From contig NIVC01002639.1 in the NCBI GenBank assembly GCA_002269645.1, forward strand, positions 89,879 through 153,878: a stretch of 64,000 nucleotides of DNA, written 5' to 3'. Shown in pieces: positions 45,001-57,000 of the stretch. Source of the stretch: Macrostomum lignano (lineage: Eukaryota). The stretch's first letter is position 1; each line of letters opens with the position of its first letter. The position numbers and the translations under genes were made by a program. A model generated the notes under the pieces. The model saw only the letters and a list, made by a program, of their open reading frames with translations, was not told where the DNA came from and searched no databases.

Positions 45001-48000
45001 ATTGGGGTCCTGAGGAGTCGAAGCCTGAAGTGAGGGCGGATTCTGATTGGGGTCCTGAAGGGTTGAAGCCTGAAGTGAGGGCGGATTCTGATTGGGGTCC
45101 TGAAGGAGTTGAAGCCTGAAGTGAGGGCGGATTCTGATTGGGATCCTGAGGAGTTGAAGCCTGAAGTGCGGGCGGATTCTGATTGGGGTCCTGAAGGGTT
45201 GAAGCCTGAAGTGAGGGCGGATTATGATTGGGATCCTGAGCAGTTGAAGCCTGAGGTGAGGGCGGATTCTGATTGGGGTCCTGAAGGGTTGAAGCCTGAA
45301 GTGAGGGCGGATTCTGATTGGGATCCTGAGGAGTTGAAGCCTGAGGTGAGGGCGGATTCTGATTGGGGTCCTGAAGGGTTGAAGCCTGAAGTGAGGGCGG
45401 ATTATGATTGGGATCCTGAGGAGTTGAAACCTGAGGTGAGGGCGGATTCTGATTGGGATCCTGAGGAGTTGAAGCCTGAGGTGAGGGCGGATTCTGATTG
45501 GGGTTCTGAAGGGTTGAAGCCTGAAGTGAGGGTGGATTCTGATTGGGGTTCTGAAGGGTTGAAGCCTGAAGTGAGGGTGGATTCTGATTGGGGTCCTGAG
45601 GAGTCGAAGCCTGAAGTGAGGGCGGATTCTGATTGGGGTCCTGAAGGGTTGAAGCCTGAAGTGAGGGCGGATTCTGATTGGGGTCCTGAAGGAGTTGAAG
45701 CCTGAAGTGAGGGCGGATTCTGATTGGGGTCCTGAGGAGTTGAAGCCTGAAGTGCGGGCGGATTCTGATTGGGGTCCTGAAGGGTTGAAGCCTGAAGTGA
45801 GGGCGGATTATGATTGGGATCCTGAGGAGTCGAAGCCTGAAGTGAGGGCGGATTCTGATTGGGATCCTGAGGAGTTGAAGCCTGAGGTGAGTGCGGATTC
45901 TGATTGGGGTCCTGAGGAGTCGAAGCCTGAAGTGAGGGCGGATTCTGATCCGAAGAAGGTGCACGCGAAGGTGTATTCAGCACGCCTGTGAAGTATGAGA
46001 CAAACCAGGCCTATGGGCTATGGTCTGCGATGCTTCACGCCTGCCCCTATCTTCAGCAGGTTAAGGCTGGTGGGAGGTCTGCACCCGCTATTTGCCGCTG
46101 GCAGCCGCAGACCCCCCCCCACGCTGTCTCGCAAGTCGACACAGGGGTACCCGTCCCGCGTGTGTTCAAGGCAGACCCTAGGGCTGCTGGACAGACTGGG
46201 CTCCGACGCTGGCGACCCATCCAGTGGCTTCGGCCGAACTTGGGTGTGCGGGTCTGGCTTGCCAGCCTGCAGGCCGTGGTACTGCTTAACGTACCCCCTA
46301 ATGCCTAAGGTGTTTGACCGTGCCGATGGGCTGGAAGGCCGGGGATTGTCCGGTCGCTAGCGGTCCTTTTTCTTTTTCTTCTTTCCTCTTTTCTTTGTGA
46401 CTCAGCTCACTCCTTCCCGCTTTCAGCTATGGCGTCATCCGCCTCTTTTAACCCCGCTGAAGCCGGGGCCCCGGCAACTCCGGCCGGTGACTCTGGCACC
46501 AGCGCCGCTCCACCGGGGGCAGATGGGCTTGCCGCCGGCTCGTCCGGTGACATGCCCGCACGCGCGACCGGGCCCTCCGCGGAGGCCCGACGTGCCCGCA
46601 ACCAACGCCGCAACGAGCGGCGACGACGACTGCGGGATACTACGGGCCGGCCACCGGCGGAGGGGGAACCTAGGGAGGGCGAGGCTGCTGTTGTCCGAAA
46701 GGAGCCACAGCAACCCCTGCCCTCCAGGATACAATTACCTGGTAAACCTGCTACCAGCGCGGCTGGGCCTTCGGGAACCGCCGCCACCAACTACGCCTCA
46801 AAGGTCAAGCTCCAACCGGCGGTCATCGTCTTCGGGGAAGAGAAAGACCTCACGGCCGACGAGCTCGACAGTGCCTGGCGCACCATTGATGCTGCGCTCA
46901 TCGACCAGCTCCTGGAGGGCCGCCCTGTGAGCGTGGTCAAGTCTGCCAAGACCGACGGCTGCATTTTCATCTGGTGCAACTCGGAGGAGAGCAGCCGCAA
47001 TCTACGCGAGCTTCTGCTAAAGCTGAACTGGCCCAATAAGCTCGGCAAGCTCGTCTTCGCCAGCGAGGGCGAGCGACAAAAGACCCAGCGCTTTCGCGTC
47101 TGGATCCCGGCCGGCAGTGCCATTAAGTCCGGAGATCAGCTTAGGCAAATTTTGCTAAAGCTGCACCCCGACCTTGAGGTCAATGGGCTCCTACACCACG
47201 CCACTTCCCGCAAGGAGAAGGGGGCTACGGTGATCCTAGGGCTCTCTGATGACTGGGCTAAGCGCTTGCCGCCTAAGTCCACAATTCATATTGGTCTGAC
47301 TCAGCTGACCATCCTCCGTTGCGAGGAGCGGAAAGCTGATGAAGCCAAGAATGCCAAGGCTTCCGAAACCGGAACTGGGGCCCAGGCTCCTCCGGCAAAG
47401 AAGCTGAGGCAAACGGCCGACCCTATGCCCAGTAAAGCACTTCGCGCTGCTGAAACCGGAAATCGCAATCGCAGACCCGCCAGGAGCACCCGGAGGTCCG
47501 GTCTAATCCAGCGCGCGCTGGACTAGGCCAAGAGCCTCCGGGCGTATAGTGAGCGGGCCCGCGCTTCTTCTCGCGCTCCTCCCCAACAGCCAGAAGGCCA
47601 GGCTGTAAGCGGGGAGGCGCTGACCGACTGGTTCGAGTCTGTGACTCACCAGGAGGCTGGCGCCACCCGTATCGACCTGACCGACGAGGCAGAGGGGACG
47701 GGCAGTGACAGCACCGAAGCACGCAGGGGAGGCGACGGTTACACCGTCCACGCTGGGCTCACGCCCGCGGAGAACTCCACTGCCACCCTAACTGCCGAGG
47801 ACACTGAAACTCCCATGGAGGTCTGCGGGTCAACCACCACTGAAAAGGAGGATGACCTGCTCAACGATTCCCCAACTGCGTGATAATGATCAGCAGCCAG
47901 GGAATCCATTGCTTACAGATTAATCTGCAACACTGCGTCGCAGCCTCGGTCAACCTTATGCGTTACGCCGAGCTCGACACGCCGGGGCTCATCCTCGTCC

Positions 48001-51000
48001 AGGAACCCTGGACTCTCAGAGGTAAGCCTCAAAACGCCCCTGACGGCTAAAACTGTTTTTATACTTACCCTCGCGAGGCCAACCAGCCTCCCAGAGCTTG
48101 CATCTTTGCGACCAAACGCTCAGTGCGTGGCTCAGATCGGACCTGTCTAACAGGGACATTTGCGTCATACAATCCGAGGACCTTCTTCCTGGGAAGACCA
48201 CCCTCATCGCCTCGGTTTACTTACCAGGTGATGCTGCGGTCGTCCCCAGAGCCCTCGCTACGCTGGTAGAGCTTTGCTCTGCCAAAAACTACGAGCTCAT
48301 GGTTGCCGGCGACATCAACGCCCACCACACTCACTGGGGCAGCACTGGCACTAATCAGAGAGGCGAAGACCTCCTAGCTTACGTTGCCTCTACGACCCTC
48401 GAGTTCTGCAACTCTGGGTCTACCCCTACCTTTGACAACGGACGGTGGTCGGAGGTGATCGACGCTACGCTCGCAACGCCCAGACTCTACCAGAGTATTG
48501 GGACGTGGCGGGTGCTTCCAGCGTCCTCACTCTCGGATCACAAGTTCATCTCCTTCAACCTGATGGCCGCGCGTAGCGCAACTCGTGTTACGTGGAGACG
48601 GAACGCCAGAAATACTGATTGGGAAACTTTCGGGCTCGCCCTGAAGGAATTCCATCGGTCTCCTGGCCAACCATCCACGATCACGTCCTGCCAAGAAGCG
48701 GATGAGTGCGCGCGACTGTGTTGACAGAGTTAACCGCCGCTTTTGAGGCGTCCTGCCCTTTAAAAGCCTATAAAGGGAAAAATCCACACCGTGGTGGAAT
48801 CCCGAGCTCGGCAATCTCCGTCGCAGAGCTAAGAGACTCCACCGCAGAGCAACTAAAACTAAGAGCCCAGCGGACCAAACCGCCTATCATGAAGCTATCC
48901 ATGAGTTTAAAAGGCATGTTAGGAATGCAAAAGCTCAAAAATGGCGACAATACTGTGAGGAGCTAGAGGGCTCCCACCTCCAGAATTATTAAAGCGCTTA
49001 CGCTGGACAAAATGTCTAAGTTTTCCTCGGTCAAACGCACCGACGGCACGTCCACGGACAACCCAGGGGAAACGCTTGATGTAATGCTCACTGCGTTTTT
49101 CCCAACGAGCCAGCTAGCCCGACCACTCCGGATCACTCGGAGGGAGGTCACGCGCTGGCTGCCTCTATCATCACGGAGGACCGCATCGTGAGAGCGGCTA
49201 ATTCCTTCAAGCCTTTCAAAGCCCCAGGACCCGATGGCATTGTACCGGCCCTCCTAAGAGAGGCGGTTAAATGCCCAGGCTTCCTGCGTAAACTTTGCAG
49301 CCTTTTTCGGGCGTGCATCACGCTTGGTTATGTCCCACAGGCATGAACCGAGACAAAGGTGATTTGTATCCCTAAGCCAGGCCGCCCAGACTACCATTCT
49401 ATCAAATCCTTCAGACTGATCAGCCTGACCTCCTCCCTGGTCAAGCTGATGGAGAGACTGGTGCTTTGGCGCCTTCTCTCTGTTGAGCTGAAGAACAAAC
49501 CTCTCAGCGAGAACCAGCACGCTTTTCGGGCGGGTCGCTCCACTGAAAGCGCGCTGCACGTCCTGGTCGATAAACTCGAGAAGGCCGTGCTTGGTAATGG
49601 CTTTGCTCTGGGGATCTTCCTGGACATCATTGGCGCCTTCGATAACGTCCTCTTGGAGGCGTTCCGAAGAGCTCTTTGTGAGAGGCAAACGCACTCACAT
49701 CTCACCAGGTGGATCATGTACATGATCAGCCATCGCACGGCCACCGCCAATCTGCTGAGCCACCAGAGGACGGTCCCCGTCTGCAAAGGTAGCCCGCAAG
49801 GTGGGGTGCTGTCTCCAGTTCTCTGGAACATGGTCATCGATGAGCTCCTTCGGGATGCTCGGCCTGACCCCATTCTGAAAATAGGATATGCGGATGATGT
49901 CACCGCGGTGGCATCTGGTCCGTCCCCTGATACCCTCAGGGACCTTCTTCAGAACTTCATCTACGCCGCTGAGCAATGGGCGGATCGCTGTGGTTTAAGG
50001 CTCTCTGAGACTAAGACCGCAGCGATCATGTTCACCAGCAGGACCAAGTGGCAGATTCGGCCGCTCACGCTTTACGGAAGGGAAATCCCCTTCTGCAAGC
50101 AGACTAAATGTCTAGGTATTACCCTGGACCACAGGCTGAACTGGTCACCCCACGTTCAAACAAAAGCCAAGAAGGCCCTCGCAGTCTTCGCGCAACTGCG
50201 CAGGGCTGTCGGCACCACCTGGGGGCTCACCCCCAAGCTCCTCTGGTGGATCTACACTGCAATGGTTAGGCCCGCTATCTCGTATGGCGGCCTGATCTGG
50301 GCTAGCGCCCTGCAGATAAAGACCTGTCTAGAGGCTCTCAGGAGAGCGCAAGGGCGCGCATGTCGCATGATCATGAGCGCCCCTCCGTCTGCTCCTTACG
50401 ATGGCCTCAACGCCTTCCTCAACATTCCTCCGCTGGACATCTTTGTCCACAGGGAAGTGGCTAAGACTGCCCGCCGTCTAACTGACGCTGGCATTCGAAT
50501 CCTGCCTCATAGGGCCATGGCTAAGCGCAAGCTTCTGCCCCACGCCGACCTCTGGCTCAAGGACTTGAGAGACAGCGGCGGGCTCCACGTCCTATCTGAC
50601 GGTGAACCCCGCACTCTCAACCTCTTTCAGCGCTACAAGGTCACCATCCCTTCTAGGGATGTTGCAAATGACCACTGGAATTTTCAGGAGGTCCATTGCT
50701 ACACGGACGGATCCATCAAAGACGGTCGTGCCGGCTTTGGGGTCTCCATCATCATCAACGGCCGCGTCATTGCCACGCATGCCCAGCACACTGGCAGACT
50801 CTCCACGGTCTTCCAGAACGAAGTCCTTGCCATCAGCTCCTGCGCTGCAGAGCTGAATGCCAAGGGCACGAGAGGAGAGACTATTGTCATCCACTCCGAC
50901 AGCCAAGCGGCCTTACAGGCCCTTTGTCACACCACAACGAACTCCCGGACAGTCGCCGACTGCGTCCGGCAGCTCAACCTCCTGGCCAGTAGCAATACTG

Positions 51001-54000
51001 TCAGGCTGAAGTGGATCCCAGGGCACGCAGGGTTTCCGGGGAACGAGCTGGCAGACACCCTCGCCAAGAGGGGCGGCTCTGGCTCTTTCCTTGGCCCTGC
51101 CCCCTGGTCCCTATGCCCTCGACAGTCATCAATCGTCAGATCGATGACTGGGCTGACTCCCTCCACAGAAACAGATGGGCGGGCACCCAAAACTGCCGGC
51201 AATCTCGTGCCGCGGTTCCTTGCCCGTCTCACAGGCTCAGAAACGTTCTTCTGAACCAAAATCGGAAGGATATTCGAGCCCCCGCCGGCCATGGCTACCT
51301 CGCCAGGCACTGCTTCCTCCGAGGTGACCTCGAAAGTGAACTTTGCATTTTTTGCGAGTACGACAATGAAGATGCTTAGCACTTTGTTTGTCACTGCCAT
51401 TTCTTTAGCAGAGATCGGCTACGCTACCTCGGGCCGAACCCGTCCATTGATGAGGTCTGCCAGCCCGACAGCATCCCACGGCTCATCCAGTTCCTTCGGG
51501 CGACTAGACGAGCCAGTTTCTTCCCCACGGAAGATCCCGCTGCAGGACGGACCGGCGGACCACCCTGACCGGCCCCACGCCTCTGCCTGTCTGCGGGCCT
51601 TCAGGGGCTAGCGGAATGGGCGACCCTCGCCTCCCCGCTGTGTCTACGGACCACCCTGCAGCTAAGTAAGTAAGGGGTCCTGAGGAGTTGAAGCCTGAAG
51701 TGAGGGCGGATTCTGATTGGGTTCCTGAGGAGTTGAAGCCTGAAGTTAGGGCGGATTCTGATTGGGATCCTGAGGAGTTGAAGCCTGAAGTGAGGGCGGA
51801 TTCTGATTGGGATCCTGAGGAGTTGAAGCCTGAAGTGAGGGCGGATTCTGATTGGGATCCTGAGGAGTTGAAGCCTGAAGTGAGGGCGGATTCTGATTGG
51901 GATCCTGAGGAGTCGAAGCCTGAAGTGAGGGCGGATTCTGATTGGGGTCCTGAGGAGTCGAAGCCTGAAGTGAGGGCGGATTCTGATTGGGGTCCTGAGG
52001 AGTCGAAGCCTGAAGTGAGGGCGGATTCTGATTGGGATCCTGAGGAGTCGAAGCCTGAAGTGAGGGCGGATTCTGATTGGGGTCCTGAAGGGTTGAAGCC
52101 TGAAGTGAGGGCGGATTCTGATTGGGGTCCTGAAGGGTTGAAGCCTGAAGTGAGGGCGGATTATGATTGGGATCCTGAGCAGTTGAAGCCTGAGGTGAGG
52201 GCGGATTCTGATTGGGATCCTGAAGGGTTGAAGCCTGAAGTGCGGGCGGGATTCCAATAGGTTACAAATACTTTTAGGAAAAGATTATTATGATGTGAAC
52301 AGAAATTGGCAGGCCACTTCGATTGGAATAAATTCAGTGTACATTGCGATAATGAAAAATAAACTTAAATTAAGATACCCAAGTGTGCATGCCGCTGGGA
52401 GACATTTTCTTATCAGCCAGTTAAACGCGGCGCATATTAATAGTAAGCAAACAAAAAGTACACTGATATTGAAATTACACATAGAAAATTAAACTACATA
52501 CTTGTAAAAAGACTGAAGTTAGCACTCGTAGTTCTGTTATGCCCTGATTGGATGGTCGGCGCGGCGAGAGCGAAAAATTATCGCTTGCGTGTTTAAACAA
52601 AAAATTATCCTAATTTTTAGCAACTCTACAGAAATTTATTCCACTCGTATTTTCCCGATACACTACTGAGTTTTCCGATTATAAGTAGAAATATGCTAAT
52701 TTTTATAACTTTCTAAATCTTGAAAGAACATTACGTTCTTTTCTGGCCTCTCTAATTTTAAATTCTAAGAAAGTCCTGACGATTTATGATCGCTGCGTGC
52801 GCAGTGAATACTTGTTGTCGCTGCTCCAGACTCGCGCGCGCTTAAAGTTAATTACATTAAATCAGGGGCTTACCATCAGCTGTCCGCCATGCTAAAAATG
52901 GAATAAGTTGTTGAGATATTTGTCCAGATGCGCGACAGTTTGATAAGCAAAATTTTATGAATGTACGGAAGTCATATGTAACGATTTTTTGTCACCAGAA
53001 CCATAGGCAACAGGAGATAGGCTAGCCAATAAGCAAATAGTTTCATTGTTGGGGCAATCAAATCTTAGGCAATGTTTTCTTTTGTCTTGGTCCAAACAGA
53101 CTCCATAGGGTATCTTACCCTAATGTACGTTCAATCCATATGCACCTAATTTACCTCTCCGTCTCTCCCTTAGACCGATGTACACCCTATTCTTCTCCTC
53201 TATCCCAATTTACACCCTATTCCTTTCCTCTACCCCATTGTACACCCCATTTCTCTCCTCTACCCCATTGTACACCCTATTTCTCTCCTCTACTTCAATG
53301 TATGTACACCATATTCTCCTCCTCTACCCCAATGTATGTACACCCTATTTCTCTCCTCTACCCCAATGTATGTACACCCTATTTCTCTCCTCTACCCCAA
53401 TGTATGTACACCCTATTCTCCTCCTCTACCCCATTGTACACCCTATTTCTCTCCTCTACCCCAATGTATGTACACCCTATTCTCCTCCTCTACCCCATTG
53501 TACACCCTATTCTCCTCCTCTACCCCATTGTACACCCTATTTCTCTCCTCTACCCCAATGCATGTACACCCTATTCTCCTCCTCTACCCCATTGTACACC
53601 ATCCATATACGAAATTTCACAATGTTTTTATAGTAACAGACTGTACAGTTCTACTCAGAAAGCAAAAAGCTAATGGTATGAGTTAATATTTATCTTAAAT
53701 TAGTTATATAAGAAGCATGCATGCGCCGTGCGGTAATCCTGCATCTTTCATGAGCTAAGCCAGTCAAGAATATGCGTAACTACATTGTAGCTGTTGCTAA
53801 CGGGCAAAAAACTAAAATTACAAGCGAAAATGCATTTATGAGTTATTCCAGGATACTTCTTAGCAATTCGCTTACCGTGAGATCGCTGCTTGCCTGCTCA
53901 ATTTTCTGCTCAATTTGGTATTGCCGAATTTGCTGCGGGATTAAAGAAAGAAAATTTAGAAAATTTTATACAATTTTCCTTATTGACAGACATCTAACCC

Positions 54001-57000
54001 CAATGTACACCCAATCAGTCTCTTCTCTAACCCCAATGTACACCAAATCATTCTCTTCTCTAACCCCAATGTACACCCAATCAGTCTCTTCTCTTACCCC
54101 AATGTACACCCAATCAGTCTATTCTCTAACCCCAATGTACACCCAATCAGTCTATTCTCTAACCCCAATGTACACCCAATCAGTTTCTTCTCTAACCCCA
54201 ATGTACACCCAATCCGTCTCTTCTCTAGCCCCAATGTACACCCAATCCGTCACTCTCTAACCCCGATGTGCATTCAATCAGTCTCTAACCCTAGTGCACT
54301 TTGAATTCTAATCGATCAAGTATAGTCTTCTTTTAAGCTAATAAAACATTCTCAGGCTCCAAATATCGCTTCTCCTAGAAACGAATGACTCACCTCCAAG
54401 GCCTTGACTCCGAGGGTCATTGTCGCGCGCAAATTTTCAGCTTGCCCTTTTGCCTCCAGCTCGCGCGCCTTCTGCTGCGAGATTAACAGCCGGCGCTCTT
54501 TGATGTTGGCGGTTGATAACTGCAGCCGATTGCGGACGGCGTAGAAGAACACCTCCTCCTTGGTGTGCAGGAAGTAGTAGAGCATGCTTTTCTGGAAATT
54601 TCAGTGACGAGTTTCCGTCGCTATAGTTGCTGTGCCGTGACTCATAAAAAACTAATGTTTTTCCTATAGTAGTGAAGTTAATAAAATTTAATTAATATTT
54701 TTACATTTTACAAGCAGCATTTTTTTATTTCTACTGCAAGTAGACTAATGCTAAAAATACAGAAAACTTATTTCATTGGTCAGTTGGTCCAGTCAAACGT
54801 GGAGCGGAATTTAATTATTGTACAACGGGAGGATGAACCGCAGAGTAAGAAATTGGGTTGAATGTACATTATCAGGGCTAGAGAGTGGGCTTGAATGTAC
54901 ATCGAGGGAAGGAAAGTATTTCCTTCGATGTACAACAAGTAAGAGATTGTGAGTTAATCGCACGCCAGGGAAAGATGATACAAAAAAACGAAAAAAAGAT
55001 TCTTACCTGAACTTTCTCATTAGCGTGAAACAGCATCATGCCAAGCAGAGACAGAACTTCCTTAGCAACCAGGCTGCTATTCGAGGCCAGATGAGGCAGC
55101 GCGTGCTTCACAATGCCGAATCCGTTTAAAGTATTCTGGATATCTGCTATCGTCCGCAGGCCCCTGAAATGTGTAAAAATAGCTTAGTAGGGGGTTAATT
55201 AGCTCAAAGGTAAGTCTAATGCGATTCACACCACACGAGAGCCAACCCCCAAGGCGCTGAGAGTGTACATGCCTGATGATTAGAAAGTCAGGGCCGCTGT
55301 ACACCCTGTGTGAGCGTGTGTGTACCTGCGTACGGTACCCAGGAGTCAGCAGAATGGTCAGGATTGCCCCAGCGCTGGAACAAGGACTACTCAAGTAGCG
55401 CTGGAACAAGGACTACTCAAGTAGCGCTGGAACAAGGACTACCCAAGTAGCGCTGGAACAAGGACTACTCAAGTAGCGCTGGAACAAGGACTACCCAAGT
55501 AGCGCTGGAACAAGGACTACTCAAGTAGCGCTGGAACAAGGACTACTCAAGTAGCGCTGGAACAAGGACTACTCAAGTAGCGCTGGAACAAGGACTACCC
55601 AAGTAGAAGGTGGGAAACAAGTTTTCTTGGAAAATTTTAGGAGGCATCTTTACCGCTAAAATGCATCACGGAGATAGGAGGTTTTCATTTTTTTACAGCA
55701 AACAAAATTTATTCCTTTCGATAGGAGGCAGTCCCAATGTTCGAAGATCGGTAGAGCTATGAAAAAACCTGCTTCCTAAAATTTTCCCAAGAAACCTACT
55801 TGAGTAGTGCGCAAATATTAGTAAAGTTTTCACCAGCTGCTGCAATGCCAAAATTTCCATAACGAACCCTCGGAATGGAACCCGGAACCCCGGACTCGAT
55901 GGCCTCAAGCCCACAAAAACGGCCTGCATGGTCCTCACTTTTTTACGCGAAACTCCGAGGTTCGAACTTCCCAGTCCTCCGGCAGTTTGCGCTCCTCATT
56001 GTGCATGAAGGCTCGCAGGATTTGCAGGATTCTGATGGTCAGCCGCTCCTGCTCCTGGCGCAGTTTCACCTCGCGACTGTTCGACGCGGCGTTGCTGGCG
56101 ATGCTGGTAGCGCAGATGCTGCATGGGGCGGAAGATTTTGGCGGTTCAACAATTTTTGCCAACTTTTTAAACGCTCTTTCACACTGGAAGCTGTGCCAGT
56201 GCTTACCGCAGTCCATTGACGAGCTGGTTCGCCAACTTGTACCGCTGTTCAGGATGTCGGCTGGCCATGTTCACTAGGCAGCGTACGTGAGATTGAAACT
56301 CCTCATCCAATGGAAGGGCTTCGTCGCTCCCGACTTGCGTGTACTCTGGCGGGAGCGAAAGTTGTCTATAGGGTTAGAATGTACATTGGTCCGCCCTCTT
56401 GGCTAATAGGCCTAGAGTGTACATTGACGCGGGATTTTCTTATCTAAGCCTAGAGTGTACATTGATGGACACGTGATTCTTTTATCTAAGCCCAGAGTGT
56501 ACATTGACGCGGGATTCTCTTATCTAAGCCCAGAGTGTACATTGACGCGGGATTCTCTTATCTAAGCCCAGAGTGTACATTGACGCGGGATTCTCTTATC
56601 TAAGCCCAGAGTGTACATTGACGCGGGATTCTCTTATCTAAGCCCAGAGTGTACATTGACGCGGGATTCTCTTATCTAAGCCCAGAGTGTACATTGACGC
56701 GGGATTCTCTGATCTAAGCCCAGAGTGTACATTGACGCGGGATTCTTCTCTTATCTAAGCCTAGAGTGTACACTGACGCGGGATTCTCTGATCTAAGCCC
56801 AGAGTGTACATTGACGCGGGATTCTTCTCTTATCTAAGCCCAGAGTGTACACTGACGCGGGATTCTCTGATCTAAGCCCAGAGTGTACATTGACGTGGGA
56901 TTCTTCTCTTATCTAAGCCTAGAGTGTACACTGACGCGGGATTCTCTGATCTAAGCCCAGAGTGTACATTGACGCGGGATTCTCTGATCTAAGCCCAGAG

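Larger units (their letters stand above)
45950..51673 (+). mobile_element. Near full-length LOA-like (R1 group) non-LTR retrotransposon with RNase H, mildly decayed, antisense to ITPR
   Basis: 5' UTR ~480 bp; ORF1 46429-47883; ORF2 47886-51568; (TAAG)n tail; splits the 45-bp array between tctgat and ggggtcc. Confidence 0.9.
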
